DNA from: Treponema sp.
GTDB lineage: Bacteria > Spirochaetota > Spirochaetia > Treponematales > Treponemataceae
Reading direction: 5' to 3'
Length of the DNA stretch: 64,000 nt
Assembly (NCBI GenBank): GCA_016296205.1
Contig: JAEDJS010000003.1
Location: 713-64,712, forward strand
Below, in pieces: positions 1 to 9,490 of the stretch (position 1 is its first letter; every line of letters begins with the position of its first letter). Made by a program: the position numbers and the translations under genes. The notes under the pieces were generated by a model that worked only from the letters and a program-made list of their open reading frames with translations, had not been told where the DNA came from and made no database searches.

Positions 1-301
1 TTTCTTCTCTTTCTGCCTGAGTTGATTTTGCATTTTCGTCGTAAGCGTAAGTATCTCCGGCATCAATTTCTACAAGGTCGTGGATAAGCAGCATGGAAAT
101 AGTTTTTAAAACATCAATTTTCTGGTTGGAATATTCACTGAGCAGCAAAGTCATAATTGCCATGTGCCAGGCATGTTCGGAATCGTTTTCTTTGCGCTGG
201 CCGTTACTCAGGTAAGTTTGCCTTTCAATAAATTTCTCTTTGTCAATTTCTTTTATAAAATCAATCTGCTTTTTTAGTCTTTCCAATTGTAAATCTGTCA
301 T
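1..301 (-). CDS. HD-domain phosphohydrolase (HDDC2/YfbR-like), 3' end beyond the window edge
   Basis: Manual translation from ATG at 301: MTDLQLERLKKQIDFIKEIDKEKFIERQTYL...ENDSEHAWH...LIHDLVEIDAGD; ExxxxH and HD motifs. Absent from the ORF track because it runs off the window. Confidence 0.85.
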   Translation of the reverse strand, partial: MTDLQLERLKKQIDFIKEIDKEKFIERQTYLSNGQRKENDSEHAWHMAIMTLLLSEYSNQKIDVLKTISMLLIHDLVEIDAGDTYAYDENAKSTQAEREE

Positions 302-375
302 GGTAAAATTGTAATAATAATAAGAAAAAGTGTCTATAAATTTTGCCCCATGTCTTGCAGCTTTAAAAAGTGATT

Positions 376-1581
376 TCACTGAGTACAAAGCATGGAAGAA
401 GGCAGAAGAGGAAAAAGAAATTTAAATTCAAGCCAGAGAGAAGCAAGTGTGATAATTAAAGTTGGCAAACCGATTTTAAATCCATATCCAATAAAATTTT
501 TTGTGCCAAATTGAATTTTCTGCTGTTTTAAAATATTTAGCCACATAAGACCGGCAAGGGCTCCAAGAGGTGTTAAAAACGCTCCAAGGTTGGAACCGAT
601 TATGCTGGCAAAAAGAGCAGAAAACTGGAAATTTGATTGAACACCGGCTGAGGCACTTTCAATTATAGAAGAAAATAAAACACTCATTGGAATATTGTTA
701 ATAATGTTGCAGCTTAATGCAGATAAAATTCCGTATTTAAAAACCGGACTGTTTGTTCCAATTACAGAAGCAAAAAAATCAGGAATGCCAATTATTTTTA
801 AAATCAAAATTAAAATAAACATCCCCAGCAAAAATGGAATTAATGTCCAGGGTGCTCTTTGTAAACAGCGTAAAAGTTCAATTGGTTTGTGTCTTGCAAA
901 AATTGAATAAATCAAATTGCAAATAAATAAACTGGCTGCAGAACAGGCTGCTACAATCCACATTTGGATTTTAATATAGGAACTTAAAGCCAGTAAAATT
1001 GTAGCGGCGGCAAGATGAATGATTCCAATAAACAAAAGAACTGGGCTGCTGATAAAACTGCTTTTTTTTGTGGTATGCTGAATGGGTTTAGAAAATTGAT
1101 TTTTAAAGCACAGATACAGGAGAGCAAAACTGGTAAGACCACCGATGATTGTTGGGATAATCATAATTAAAATGTAGCCTACAAAGTTGATAGAGCCAAA
1201 AGTTGCAAGGTAAATATTTGTTGGATTCCCGATGATTAATGCCATGCTCCAGGTGTTGGCGGCAATAAAAACGGTAACAAGGTATGGGACTGGATTCAAC
1301 TTTCCACTGGAACAAAAATAGCAGATAAAAGGAGTAAAAGTTAGGACGATGATATCATTGCTTGTAAAAACAGTTAAAATGCTTACTGTAAAATAGAGAA
1401 TGACAAATAATTTTTTTTGACTTGCACCACTTTTTTTTAAAGTTGCATTTGCCAGAAATCTAAAAAATCCTATTTCGTCTAAGAAAACACTAAGGATTGT
1501 CATTGAGAAAAAAAGGATTAGAATTTTTATTGGATTGATTTGAGTATTTGCAGTTAAATTCTGAATTATGTATTGCAACAT
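376..1581 (-). CDS. ArsB/NhaD-superfamily ion permease
   Basis: Highly hydrophobic 401 aa; SND, IGNPTNI, NNIP and GSNLG...TPLGALAGLMW motifs typical of the ArsB/citrate transporter family. Confidence 0.8.
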   Translation of the reverse strand: MLQYIIQNLTANTQINPIKILILFFSMTILSVFLDEIGFFRFLANATLKKSGASQKKLFVILYFTVSILTVFTSNDIIVLTFTPFICYFCSSGKLNPVPYLVTVFIAANTWSMALIIGNPTNIYLATFGSINFVGYILIMIIPTIIGGLTSFALLYLCFKNQFSKPIQHTTKKSSFISSPVLLFIGIIHLAAATILLALSSYIKIQMWIVAACSAASLFICNLIYSIFARHKPIELLRCLQRAPWTLIPFLLGMFILILILKIIGIPDFFASVIGTNSPVFKYGILSALSCNIINNIPMSVLFSSIIESASAGVQSNFQFSALFASIIGSNLGAFLTPLGALAGLMWLNILKQQKIQFGTKNFIGYGFKIGLPTLIITLASLWLEFKFLFPLLPSSMLCTQ

Positions 1582-1582
1582 T

Positions 1583-2473
1583 TTATTTCTTTGTACAAAT
1601 TGAACCCATTTTTATTCGTTTTGTTCGAACATCATCCAGCATGTTTTTAAGTTCTTCGCTATTTTCTGACTGTATGAAATTCTTCATTAAGTCCAGTTGT
1701 TTCTGAAAATTTTCTATGTGATTGCAGAGAAGGTCCTTATTGGATATAAAAAGTTCTGTCCAAAGAGGGGCATTAATCATTGCAATTCGTGTAAGATCTT
1801 CAAAACTTCCTCCACCAAAAGCAGTGATTTCTTCATCGTCGGCACTGGCAACTAATGCGCTGGCAATAACGTGGCATAATTGACTCGTAAATCCGATTTT
1901 ATAATCATGGTTCTGGCATGAAGTTTCTGTTATGCGGCTGAATCCCATGGCAGAAATCAAAGTGCGCATTGTTTCGAGATTTTCCGGTTTGTTGAAGTCC
2001 TGTGGGATAAGGATATAATTGTGGTTAACAAAAAATTTTGCATTGCTTGCTGCATAACCTTCTTTTTCTCCGCCAGCCATTGGATGCCCGATAACAAAAT
2101 CTGTGTCCGAACGCAAAAGTTGTGGAAGTGATTTTTCGAAGATTCCTTTAACACCACTGATATCTGTAATTATGGCACCGCTTTTAAATTTATCTTTGTG
2201 GTCTTTAAGAAAATCCAAAGTAGCGTGAGGATAAAGGCAGATAAAAACCACATCGCAGTCAGGAAGCATCTGGTCTACATCAGTTGATGGAAACCCTTTG
2301 TCGATCACACCTTCGGAAAGTGCCATAGTAATGCTGGAGGTACTTCTATTGCATCCGAGAATTTTTCCAGTTGAATCAGATTGACTCAAAATGTTCTGGC
2401 GAATAGATTTTGCAAAAGAGCCTCCCATTATTCCGAGGCCTACAATTCCGTAAGTGAGATCTTTTAACATCAT
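1583..2473 (-). CDS. tyrA: Prephenate/arogenate dehydrogenase
   Basis: GLGIMGGS Rossmann motif, DISGVK, GHPMAG, SQLCH, DLTRIA; ATGA overlap with the aroF stop. Confidence 0.92.
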   Translation of the reverse strand: MMLKDLTYGIVGLGIMGGSFAKSIRQNILSQSDSTGKILGCNRSTSSITMALSEGVIDKGFPSTDVDQMLPDCDVVFICLYPHATLDFLKDHKDKFKSGAIITDISGVKGIFEKSLPQLLRSDTDFVIGHPMAGGEKEGYAASNAKFFVNHNYILIPQDFNKPENLETMRTLISAMGFSRITETSCQNHDYKIGFTSQLCHVIASALVASADDEEITAFGGGSFEDLTRIAMINAPLWTELFISNKDLLCNHIENFQKQLDLMKNFIQSENSEELKNMLDDVRTKRIKMGSICTKK

Positions 2474-3504
2474 AATGTTTTGCCTTCTATTGCTGCGTAT
2501 TTCCGGAGCTTTGACATAAGTTCTTCAAATTGAGCTGGAGTTAACTGCTGACTTGCATCGCTTAATGCTTTTTCCGGGTGGCAGTGAACTTCAATTTCCA
2601 AAGCATCTGCACCAGCGGCTACAGCACTCTGTGAAAGAACTGGAACCATCCATCTAAGACCACAGGCATGGCTTGGATCGATTACTATTGGCAGGTGACT
2701 TACTTTGTGAATGTATGGAACAGCACTAAGATCAAGGCAGTTGCGTGTGTAATTGTCGTAATATCTGATTCCACGTTCGCAGAGAATAACATTTTCGTTT
2801 CCGTTTGCCATTATGTATTCTGCGCTCATCAAAAGTTCTTCAATTGTTCCAGACAAACCGCGTTTAAGAAGAATTGGTTTTTTTGATTTTCCAAGTTCTT
2901 TGAGAAGGTCAAAATTCTGGAAGTTTCTAGCACCAACCTGAATCATATCAACGTTAGAAAAAAATGGAAGCTCGTTGATTGACATAAGTTCTGTACAGAT
3001 TGGAAGACCAGTTTCTTTTTTTGCTTTCTCAAGAAGTTCAATTCCGACTTTTCCCATTCCCTGGAAACTATATGGAGAAGTTCTAGGTTTATAGGCACCA
3101 CCACGAAGAAGTTTTGCTCCTGCTTTTTTAACTGCGATTGCGGCTTCCATAATCTGTTCTTCATTTTCTACTGAACAAGGACCTGCAATAATTGGAACAC
3201 TTTTTCCGTCACCAATAGCAACTGGATTTACGCCAGATTGACCGCCACCAACAATAACAACAGAATTTTCCGGATGGAATGCGCGACTTGCCATTTTGTA
3301 AGGTGCACTAACACGTTCTGCAGAATCAACAATTTCGTTTGCTAAAAAATCTTCTCTTGTAAGTTTGGAAGTATCACCAAGCAAACCAACAATTGTCTGG
3401 TCAACACCAACAACAACATGAACACCAAGTCCCCGCTGCTTGATGCTGTCGATAAAATTATCAACATCTTGTTTTGCAGCATCTTTTTTAAGAATAACAA
3501 TCAT
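2470..3504 (-). CDS. aroF: 3-deoxy-7-phosphoheptulonate (DAHP) synthase, type I-beta with N-terminal regulatory domain
   Basis: IAGPCSVE, KPRTSPYSFQG, LCERGI, DPSH motifs; GGAG SD. Confidence 0.95.
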   Translation of the reverse strand: MIVILKKDAAKQDVDNFIDSIKQRGLGVHVVVGVDQTIVGLLGDTSKLTREDFLANEIVDSAERVSAPYKMASRAFHPENSVVIVGGGQSGVNPVAIGDGKSVPIIAGPCSVENEEQIMEAAIAVKKAGAKLLRGGAYKPRTSPYSFQGMGKVGIELLEKAKKETGLPICTELMSINELPFFSNVDMIQVGARNFQNFDLLKELGKSKKPILLKRGLSGTIEELLMSAEYIMANGNENVILCERGIRYYDNYTRNCLDLSAVPYIHKVSHLPIVIDPSHACGLRWMVPVLSQSAVAAGADALEIEVHCHPEKALSDASQQLTPAQFEELMSKLRKYAAIEGKTL

Positions 3505-3645
3505 ATTTATATCTCCTGATTAATTTTTGATTAAGTGGGAAAAGTATAGCAGAAAAATCAATTTACTAATAGTAGTTTAATAATTGGTTTAAAGTTGCTT
3601 TATGAGAAAAAGGGGATTATAATATTGGAACAGAGGTAAAAAACT

Positions 3646-4302
3646 ATGGATATTGGTTCTATCGTAACAACTATGCTCAGTGCTAATACTGTAAAAAATA
3701 TTAGCAAGACAACAGGATCAGACAATGATGTAGTAAAGAGTGTTCTTTCTGCTGCATTGCCTTCACTTTTAACAGGTGCTTCTAATAATGCAAAAGATTC
3801 TTCAACAAAAGATGATTTTCTTAAAGCGTTGATTTCCCATTCTGCAGGAAGTTCAAGTGTAGCTTCTATTCTTAAAAAATTCGATCTTTCTGATGGGGTA
3901 AAAGTTCTTGGACATCTTCTTGGAACAGATGTAAAGGAAACAACAAAAGAAGTTGCAAAAGAAGCAGGAACAACTCAGAAAGAAGCAAAAAACATTATGG
4001 GTGCAGGTTCTGAAATTCTTATGAGTCTTCTTGGTGCAGAAACAAATGCGAAAGAATCAGATACAAAAGGTGTTGCATCTGCAATGAAAGGTCTTACTGG
4101 TTCAACTGCAACAAAACTTCTTAAAGGTCTTCTTACAGGTGATTCTGGTGAAGCTAAAACAACTGCAAAGAAAACTACTTCAAAATCTACAACTTCTAAA
4201 GCAAAAAGTACAAAAAAGACTACAACTGCAAAGAAAACAGAAGAAGAATCTGGAAATATGTTAAGCAGTTTAATAGGTCTTGCGGGAAAGTTGTTAAAAT
4301 AA
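3646..4302 (+). CDS. DUF937-like helical protein with Lys/Thr/Ser-rich C-terminal tail
   Basis: ALPSLL...DGVKVLGHLLG pattern resembles DUF937; low-complexity KTTAKK tail; GAGG SD. Confidence 0.6.
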   Translation: MDIGSIVTTMLSANTVKNISKTTGSDNDVVKSVLSAALPSLLTGASNNAKDSSTKDDFLKALISHSAGSSSVASILKKFDLSDGVKVLGHLLGTDVKETTKEVAKEAGTTQKEAKNIMGAGSEILMSLLGAETNAKESDTKGVASAMKGLTGSTATKLLKGLLTGDSGEAKTTAKKTTSKSTTSKAKSTKKTTTAKKTEEESGNMLSSLIGLAGKLLK

Positions 4303-4355
4303 TATAATCTGTATAATTTTAATACTATAATATTTTTTTCTAGGAGAAAATTATC

Positions 4356-5027
4356 ATGGCAAACGAAAAAAAAGTACCTGCTAAACAGGGAAATGTTACT
4401 GGCTTGAGAGTAGCTGCATTCCTTTTCTGGGCTGTTGCAATAATGTTCGAAGTATTTGCAATTTTGTCTATTAATGGAAACATGTGTCTCCCATTCTTTG
4501 GTGAAGAAAACGCTCTCTTGTATTCTATGATCACTTGGCTTGTTGCTGATTTGATCTTTGTTATCGTTGGTTCACGTATTTGGGTAGCTGCTAACCACAG
4601 ATGTGGAAAAGTACAGTCATGGATCGTAAATAACCTTGGTGTTATTGTAGCAGTTATTGCTTTCGCTCCATTTATTATCATCCTTCTTACAGACAAGAAG
4701 AACAAACTTGACCCAAAAACAAAGAAAATTGGTGCTATCGTAGCAGTAGTAGCATTGGCTATCGCTGGTGTATCAAGTTATGACCCTCACCGACTTACAA
4801 AAGCAGACATTCAGATGGCTCAGGCATTCTACACAGAAGCTGGTACAAAAAACCACCTTTCTAGAGATTGTCAGACTCTTAGAAATAGCGACCCGGCCAA
4901 AATCAACGATGAACATATCATTAAAGATTCTCCAAAAGAAGGTGGAATTTGTAAGTTCTGTGAAAAACACTGGGGAGAAGAAGCAAAAAAAGCAAGTGTT
5001 CCAGCAGCTCCAGCAGCAAACGAATAA
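4356..5027 (+). CDS. Membrane protein (about 4 TM) with C-terminal H/C-rich putative metal-binding motif
   Basis: Four hydrophobic segments, then KNHLSRDC...ICKFC; GGAG SD. Confidence 0.6.
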   Translation: MANEKKVPAKQGNVTGLRVAAFLFWAVAIMFEVFAILSINGNMCLPFFGEENALLYSMITWLVADLIFVIVGSRIWVAANHRCGKVQSWIVNNLGVIVAVIAFAPFIIILLTDKKNKLDPKTKKIGAIVAVVALAIAGVSSYDPHRLTKADIQMAQAFYTEAGTKNHLSRDCQTLRNSDPAKINDEHIIKDSPKEGGICKFCEKHWGEEAKKASVPAAPAANE

Positions 5028-5060
5028 TTTAAGTTGAATTAACATCAATTTTAATAAAAG

Positions 5061-5093
5061 AACCGATGGTATTTATATTCCATCGGTTTTTTT
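5061..5093 (+). terminator. Intrinsic terminator, possibly bidirectional
   Basis: AACCGATGG-loop-CCATCGGTT followed by a T run. Confidence 0.8.
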
Positions 5094-5149
5094 GTTTATG
5101 AACTGTATTTGCCGTGGCAAACAATTGGTTGGCTTGGTGTCACCTTCTC

Positions 5150-5334
5150 GTGGGAGATGCTGAAACAAGTTCAGCATGACAGGGGTTTGGAGAGCAATTG
5201 GTGGGCGGGGGTGTAACGGTGTTATCGCGGCAGATGATTGTCATCCCGAACAATTAACTGTCATCCCGAACTAGATTCGGGATCTCATGCACCAATCTGT
5301 GGGAGATGCTGAAACCAGTTCAGCATGACAGGGG
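5150..5334. repeat. REP-like palindrome cluster 1 (3 full copies plus 1 half copy)
   Basis: GAGATGCTGAAAC(A/C)AGTTCAGCATGACA at 5154-5181 and 5303-5330; TGTCATCCCGAACTAGATTCGGGATCTC at 5259-5286; half copy at 5239. Lies between convergent genes. Confidence 0.9.
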
Positions 5335-5850
5335 TTAATTATTTTCGGCGATTTCGTTGAATAGGGCCTGGTAAAGTGTTGCTTTGTCTCGGTTAGTGTC
5401 TCTGATTGTTTTTGCCATTCGGTTGGCAAGAACTAAAAGAACTTTGTAGCCTAAAACCGGTTCTTTTTTGCATAATTCTTCAAATTCTGTTCCGCTCAAA
5501 CTAATTAACGTGCAGTCTGTAGTTGCTGTAACAGTTGCAGAACGGGTGTCGTCGCTGATAAGTGCAGTTTCGCCAAAGAAAATGTTTTGGTCTGCAGAAA
5601 GTGTTGCCAGTGCAATCTGATCTCCGGAAGGTGTGGCTCTGGAAATAAAAACTGTGCCTTTATACAAGATGTAAAAAGAATCACCTGTATCGCCTTCCTT
5701 AATAATCACATCTTTTTTCTTGAAATTTTTAATTTTCATGGAAGCGTAAACAAGTTTAAGGATTCGTCTGTCTTCCTGATTGTCTGGATTAAAATCATTA
5801 AAAAGTTGAATTTTTACTAGCTTTGGCAGAACCTTTTCAAAATCTTCCAT
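5335..5850 (-). CDS. Stand-alone cyclic-nucleotide-binding domain protein
   Basis: IIKEGDTGDSFYILYKG...FFGETALI...RSATV (cNMP phosphate-binding cassette); no HTH. Confidence 0.9.
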   Translation of the reverse strand: MEDFEKVLPKLVKIQLFNDFNPDNQEDRRILKLVYASMKIKNFKKKDVIIKEGDTGDSFYILYKGTVFISRATPSGDQIALATLSADQNIFFGETALISDDTRSATVTATTDCTLISLSGTEFEELCKKEPVLGYKVLLVLANRMAKTIRDTNRDKATLYQALFNEIAENN

Positions 5851-5853
5851 AAA

Positions 5854-7047
5854 TTAGACCTCCTTTTTACCGCGTATGATTATTGATTTAGAATTCTTTG
5901 AAATTACAAAATCATCTTGCGGGGCTAAAACAGGTTCGTTGCTTTTAAGAACTTTAACCTTTTTAAGATTATCAATAACATTGTTGATGTCTGGGTTTTT
6001 TTGTGCTTCTCGTAAAGCTTCTGTTCTGCGCTGATGGAAATTTCCAGTGTTAAGAAGGATTCCAACAAGTACACCGTCGAAGTTTGGTTTGGAATTCAGG
6101 AATTGTTTTAATTCGCCGTAAGTTTTTCCAATATAATCAGCAGGAATATCTTCAACTATAATTCCACTGTCGGCATCATCACTAATAAGAGCTCGGACAA
6201 CGTTGCTGTAACCCATTCCACTTGATGCAGTAGCCAGCAAAGAATGTTCGTATTCCTGAGTGAGAATGATTTCATCACAGTGCACCATTGTAAGATGTTT
6301 CTGGAATTTTGCATCCATTAATTCGGCGGCAATATAAATGCCTGGGTTAAGATTTTCCATTGTAATAACAGCAAGAACAGTTCGGGAATCAATTTCCAGA
6401 TTGCTAAAATTTTTTGAGCGGTCGCAAATTACAAGTGCTCGTTCAGCTGTCTGGATGTGGGCCCTTTTTAAAACGGCTTCGTCACTGTAATCACCGCTAA
6501 CATATTTAAGTTCCTTAAAACGAGTCTGGTCCCGTAATTGTTCAATTTGTTCACTTGGAGCTTCGTTGATTAAAACCATCATGTCCGGTGTAAGATCCGG
6601 GTTTGAATTCATAACTGTATCCAGAATTTTTTCGAATCCTGGTCGCCATCCACATAAAATAAAATGTCCTTTCATCTTCTTTAACTTGTTAAGTCCTTTG
6701 TTTTTTTTCATCTGCATATTCATAAAAACAGATGCAATTTTACCAGTGATTACGCTAAGGATTATCATCCCCAGAGCCAACAAAATAAGAGCACTGATTC
6801 GCCCTTGAACCGATTCCACGCAGTAGTCAAAGTATCCGGCCACAACTGCAACTAATGTGAACCATACACTGTCGAACAATGTAGTGATTCCACTTTCTGT
6901 TTTTGTCTCTGAATCAAATACCAGAAGTGTACAGATTGCAAGAACAATGAAAATTGCTATGTATCCGTAAGTTAATGGGTTTTTGAGGGCATATTGAACA
7001 TTTTTCCAGAACCGCCGCCAAAATCCCCAGGATTTCTTTTTACTCAT
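5854..7047 (-). CDS. Two-TM ion channel protein with RCK/TrkA-N domain (K+ channel family, atypical filter)
   Basis: TM, pore helix (FDSVWFTLV), AGYFD, TM; then HFILCGW, GD...L.RA.I..A and DSRTVL RCK motifs. Confidence 0.8.
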   Translation of the reverse strand: MSKKKSWGFWRRFWKNVQYALKNPLTYGYIAIFIVLAICTLLVFDSETKTESGITTLFDSVWFTLVAVVAGYFDYCVESVQGRISALILLALGMIILSVITGKIASVFMNMQMKKNKGLNKLKKMKGHFILCGWRPGFEKILDTVMNSNPDLTPDMMVLINEAPSEQIEQLRDQTRFKELKYVSGDYSDEAVLKRAHIQTAERALVICDRSKNFSNLEIDSRTVLAVITMENLNPGIYIAAELMDAKFQKHLTMVHCDEIILTQEYEHSLLATASSGMGYSNVVRALISDDADSGIIVEDIPADYIGKTYGELKQFLNSKPNFDGVLVGILLNTGNFHQRRTEALREAQKNPDINNVIDNLKKVKVLKSNEPVLAPQDDFVISKNSKSIIIRGKKEV

Positions 7048-7124
7048 ATTTGAAATAATAACAGAAATTAGTTTTTGGTTAAAGTATTTTCATTGATTAA
7101 AAAAAGTGGTAATATAAACATGTT

Positions 7125-7691
7125 ATGAATTCAGAAATTAAAGCAGTAGCAGAAAGACTTAAGGGTCTTAGAGACGTTTTGGACATTTCAGTTGAAGAAG
7201 CAGCACAGGTTTGTGAAGTTTCAAAAGAACAGTACGAACTTTACGAAACAGGAACAGTGGATATTCCATTGGGTGTTATGTTCAGCATGAGTCGTAAATA
7301 TAACATTGACTTGTCTACGATTATTAGTGGTGATGAACCTCATAAAGTCTCATATTTTGTAACAGAAAAGGGCAAAGGTGCTACAGTAAACCGTCTTGCA
7401 GACTACCATTTTGAAAGTCTTGCAGCAGGTTTTGCAGGCAGATTGATTGATCCATTTTTGGTTACAATTAACCCTGGAGATATCGAAACAATTCATACAA
7501 CAACTCATCCAGGTCAGGAATTTAATTATTGTCTTGAAGGTGATATGGTGGTCAAAGTGGGGGAAAGTGAAATTGTCCTCCATGAGGGGGACTCAATTTA
7601 TTTTGATTCTACTAAACCTCATGGTCAGAATAACCTCAACGGAAAACGCTGTAGATTTATCACTGTGATTATGAATGGTTTGGCAGAATAA
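7125..7691 (+). CDS. XRE-family HTH plus cupin transcriptional regulator
   Basis: RLKGLR HTH start; HPGQEFNY...GDSIYFDSTKPH cupin. Confidence 0.9.
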   Translation: MNSEIKAVAERLKGLRDVLDISVEEAAQVCEVSKEQYELYETGTVDIPLGVMFSMSRKYNIDLSTIISGDEPHKVSYFVTEKGKGATVNRLADYHFESLAAGFAGRLIDPFLVTINPGDIETIHTTTHPGQEFNYCLEGDMVVKVGESEIVLHEGDSIYFDSTKPHGQNNLNGKRCRFITVIMNGLAE

Positions 7692-7731
7692 TCGACGCAA
7701 AACTATTTAATTAATTTTTTAGGACAAACAA

Positions 7732-9480
7732 ATGGAAGAATTATACATTAATCGCGAAAAATTCGATAATTACGAAGATTTTTATAAAAATTATAAATTA
7801 ACAATTCCGGAAAACTTCAACTTTGGCTATGACATTATGGATAAACTTGCAGAAAAGAAACCAGATGCACCGGCTTTAGTATGGACCAACGATGAAGATG
7901 ATTATCTTGAAATTACTTTCTCAAAAATGAAGGAGCTTTCGGACCAGGCAGCAAGTTTTTTCCAGGAACAGGGAATTAAAAAAGGTGACATGGTTATGCT
8001 GATTTTGCAGCGCCGTTACGAATTCTGGGTAAGCATGATTGCTTTGCATAAAATTGGTGCTGTTGCAATTCCGGCAACTCACATGCTCACAAAAGAAGAT
8101 ATTGTTTATCGCAATAATTTTGCTAAAATCAAAATGATTGTTGCAGTTACAGTTCCAGATGTTATTAATCACGTTAATGAAGCATGGAAAGAAAGTCCTT
8201 CTCTTAAATGTTGTGCATTTGTAAATGAATTGGGGGTAGACAGACCTGTAGAAAATCCGCCGGAAGGATGGATTAATTTTGCAGAAGGCTGTAAAAATGC
8301 AAAACCTTTTAATTCAGAACGTGTAACAATCAATAGTGACTATATGCTGGGATATTTTACAAGCGGAACAACAAGTCATCCAAAGCTTGCAGTTCACGAT
8401 TTCCTTTATCCACTTGGACATATTACAACTGCAAAATTCTGGCAGCAGGTTCAGAATGGTGGACTTCATCTTACAGTTGCAGATTCAGGTTGGGCAAAGA
8501 CTTCTTGGGGACGTTTGTACGGACAGTGGATTTGTGAAACTGCTTTGTTTGTTTACGATTACCATTCTAAGTTTAAGCCGATTGATTTGCTCCATCAGGT
8601 AGAAAAATATCATGTTACAACTTTCTGTGCACCTCCAACAATTTATCGTTTCCTTATCAAAGAAGATTTAAGTGGAATTGATTTGAGTTCAATTGTTCAC
8701 TGTTCAACAGCAGGAGAACCTCTGGCAGATGAAGTTTACAATAAATGGATGGAGCTTACTGGTCACGAAATCCGCGAAGGTTTTGGTCAGACAGAAACAA
8801 CAGTTTGTATCTTCAACTTTGGTACAGAAAAAGTAAAACCGGGTTCAGTTGGAAAACCAAGTCCATATTATGATTTGCATTTGCTTGACGATGATCTCCA
8901 TGATGTTGGCGTTGGTACAGTTGGTCAGATTGCTTTTAAACTTAATAAAGAAATGTTTCCGGATAGAAATGGCCGATTCCCAGGTCTTGTTTGTGAATAT
9001 TATGGGGAACCAGAAAAAACTGCTGTTGCTTTCCACGATGGTTACTATTTTACAGGTGATCAGGCATGGAAAGATGATGAAGGATATTACTGGTTTGTTG
9101 GCCGTTGTGATGATGTTATTAAATGTTCAGGTTACCGCATTGGTACATTTGAAGTAGAAAGCGTTTTGCAGCGCCACCCAAGTGTTCTTGAATGTGCAGT
9201 TACTGGTGCTCCAGATCCAATTCGTGGACAGGTTGTAAAAGCTACAATTGTTCTTGCAAAAGGTTATGAACCGAGCCCAGAATTGATTAAAGAAATTCAG
9301 ACATTTGTAAAAACAGAAACAGCTCCATATAAATATCCTCGTATTGTTGAATTCGTTAAGGAACTTCCAAAAACAATCAGTGGTAAAGTTATGCGCAAAC
9401 AGATTCGTATGACAGATGCTGCAAAAGCAAACAATCAGCCGGTACCACGTGAAGAACCAAGCGAAAACGGCGAAAAATAA
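7732..9480 (+). CDS. AMP-forming short/medium-chain acyl-CoA synthetase
   Basis: YFTSGTTSHPK, GFGQTET, TGD, GRCDDVIK, LPKTISGK adenylation motifs. Confidence 0.9.
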   Translation: MEELYINREKFDNYEDFYKNYKLTIPENFNFGYDIMDKLAEKKPDAPALVWTNDEDDYLEITFSKMKELSDQAASFFQEQGIKKGDMVMLILQRRYEFWVSMIALHKIGAVAIPATHMLTKEDIVYRNNFAKIKMIVAVTVPDVINHVNEAWKESPSLKCCAFVNELGVDRPVENPPEGWINFAEGCKNAKPFNSERVTINSDYMLGYFTSGTTSHPKLAVHDFLYPLGHITTAKFWQQVQNGGLHLTVADSGWAKTSWGRLYGQWICETALFVYDYHSKFKPIDLLHQVEKYHVTTFCAPPTIYRFLIKEDLSGIDLSSIVHCSTAGEPLADEVYNKWMELTGHEIREGFGQTETTVCIFNFGTEKVKPGSVGKPSPYYDLHLLDDDLHDVGVGTVGQIAFKLNKEMFPDRNGRFPGLVCEYYGEPEKTAVAFHDGYYFTGDQAWKDDEGYYWFVGRCDDVIKCSGYRIGTFEVESVLQRHPSVLECAVTGAPDPIRGQVVKATIVLAKGYEPSPELIKEIQTFVKTETAPYKYPRIVEFVKELPKTISGKVMRKQIRMTDAAKANNQPVPREEPSENGEK

Positions 9481-9490
9481 AAGGTAAAAG

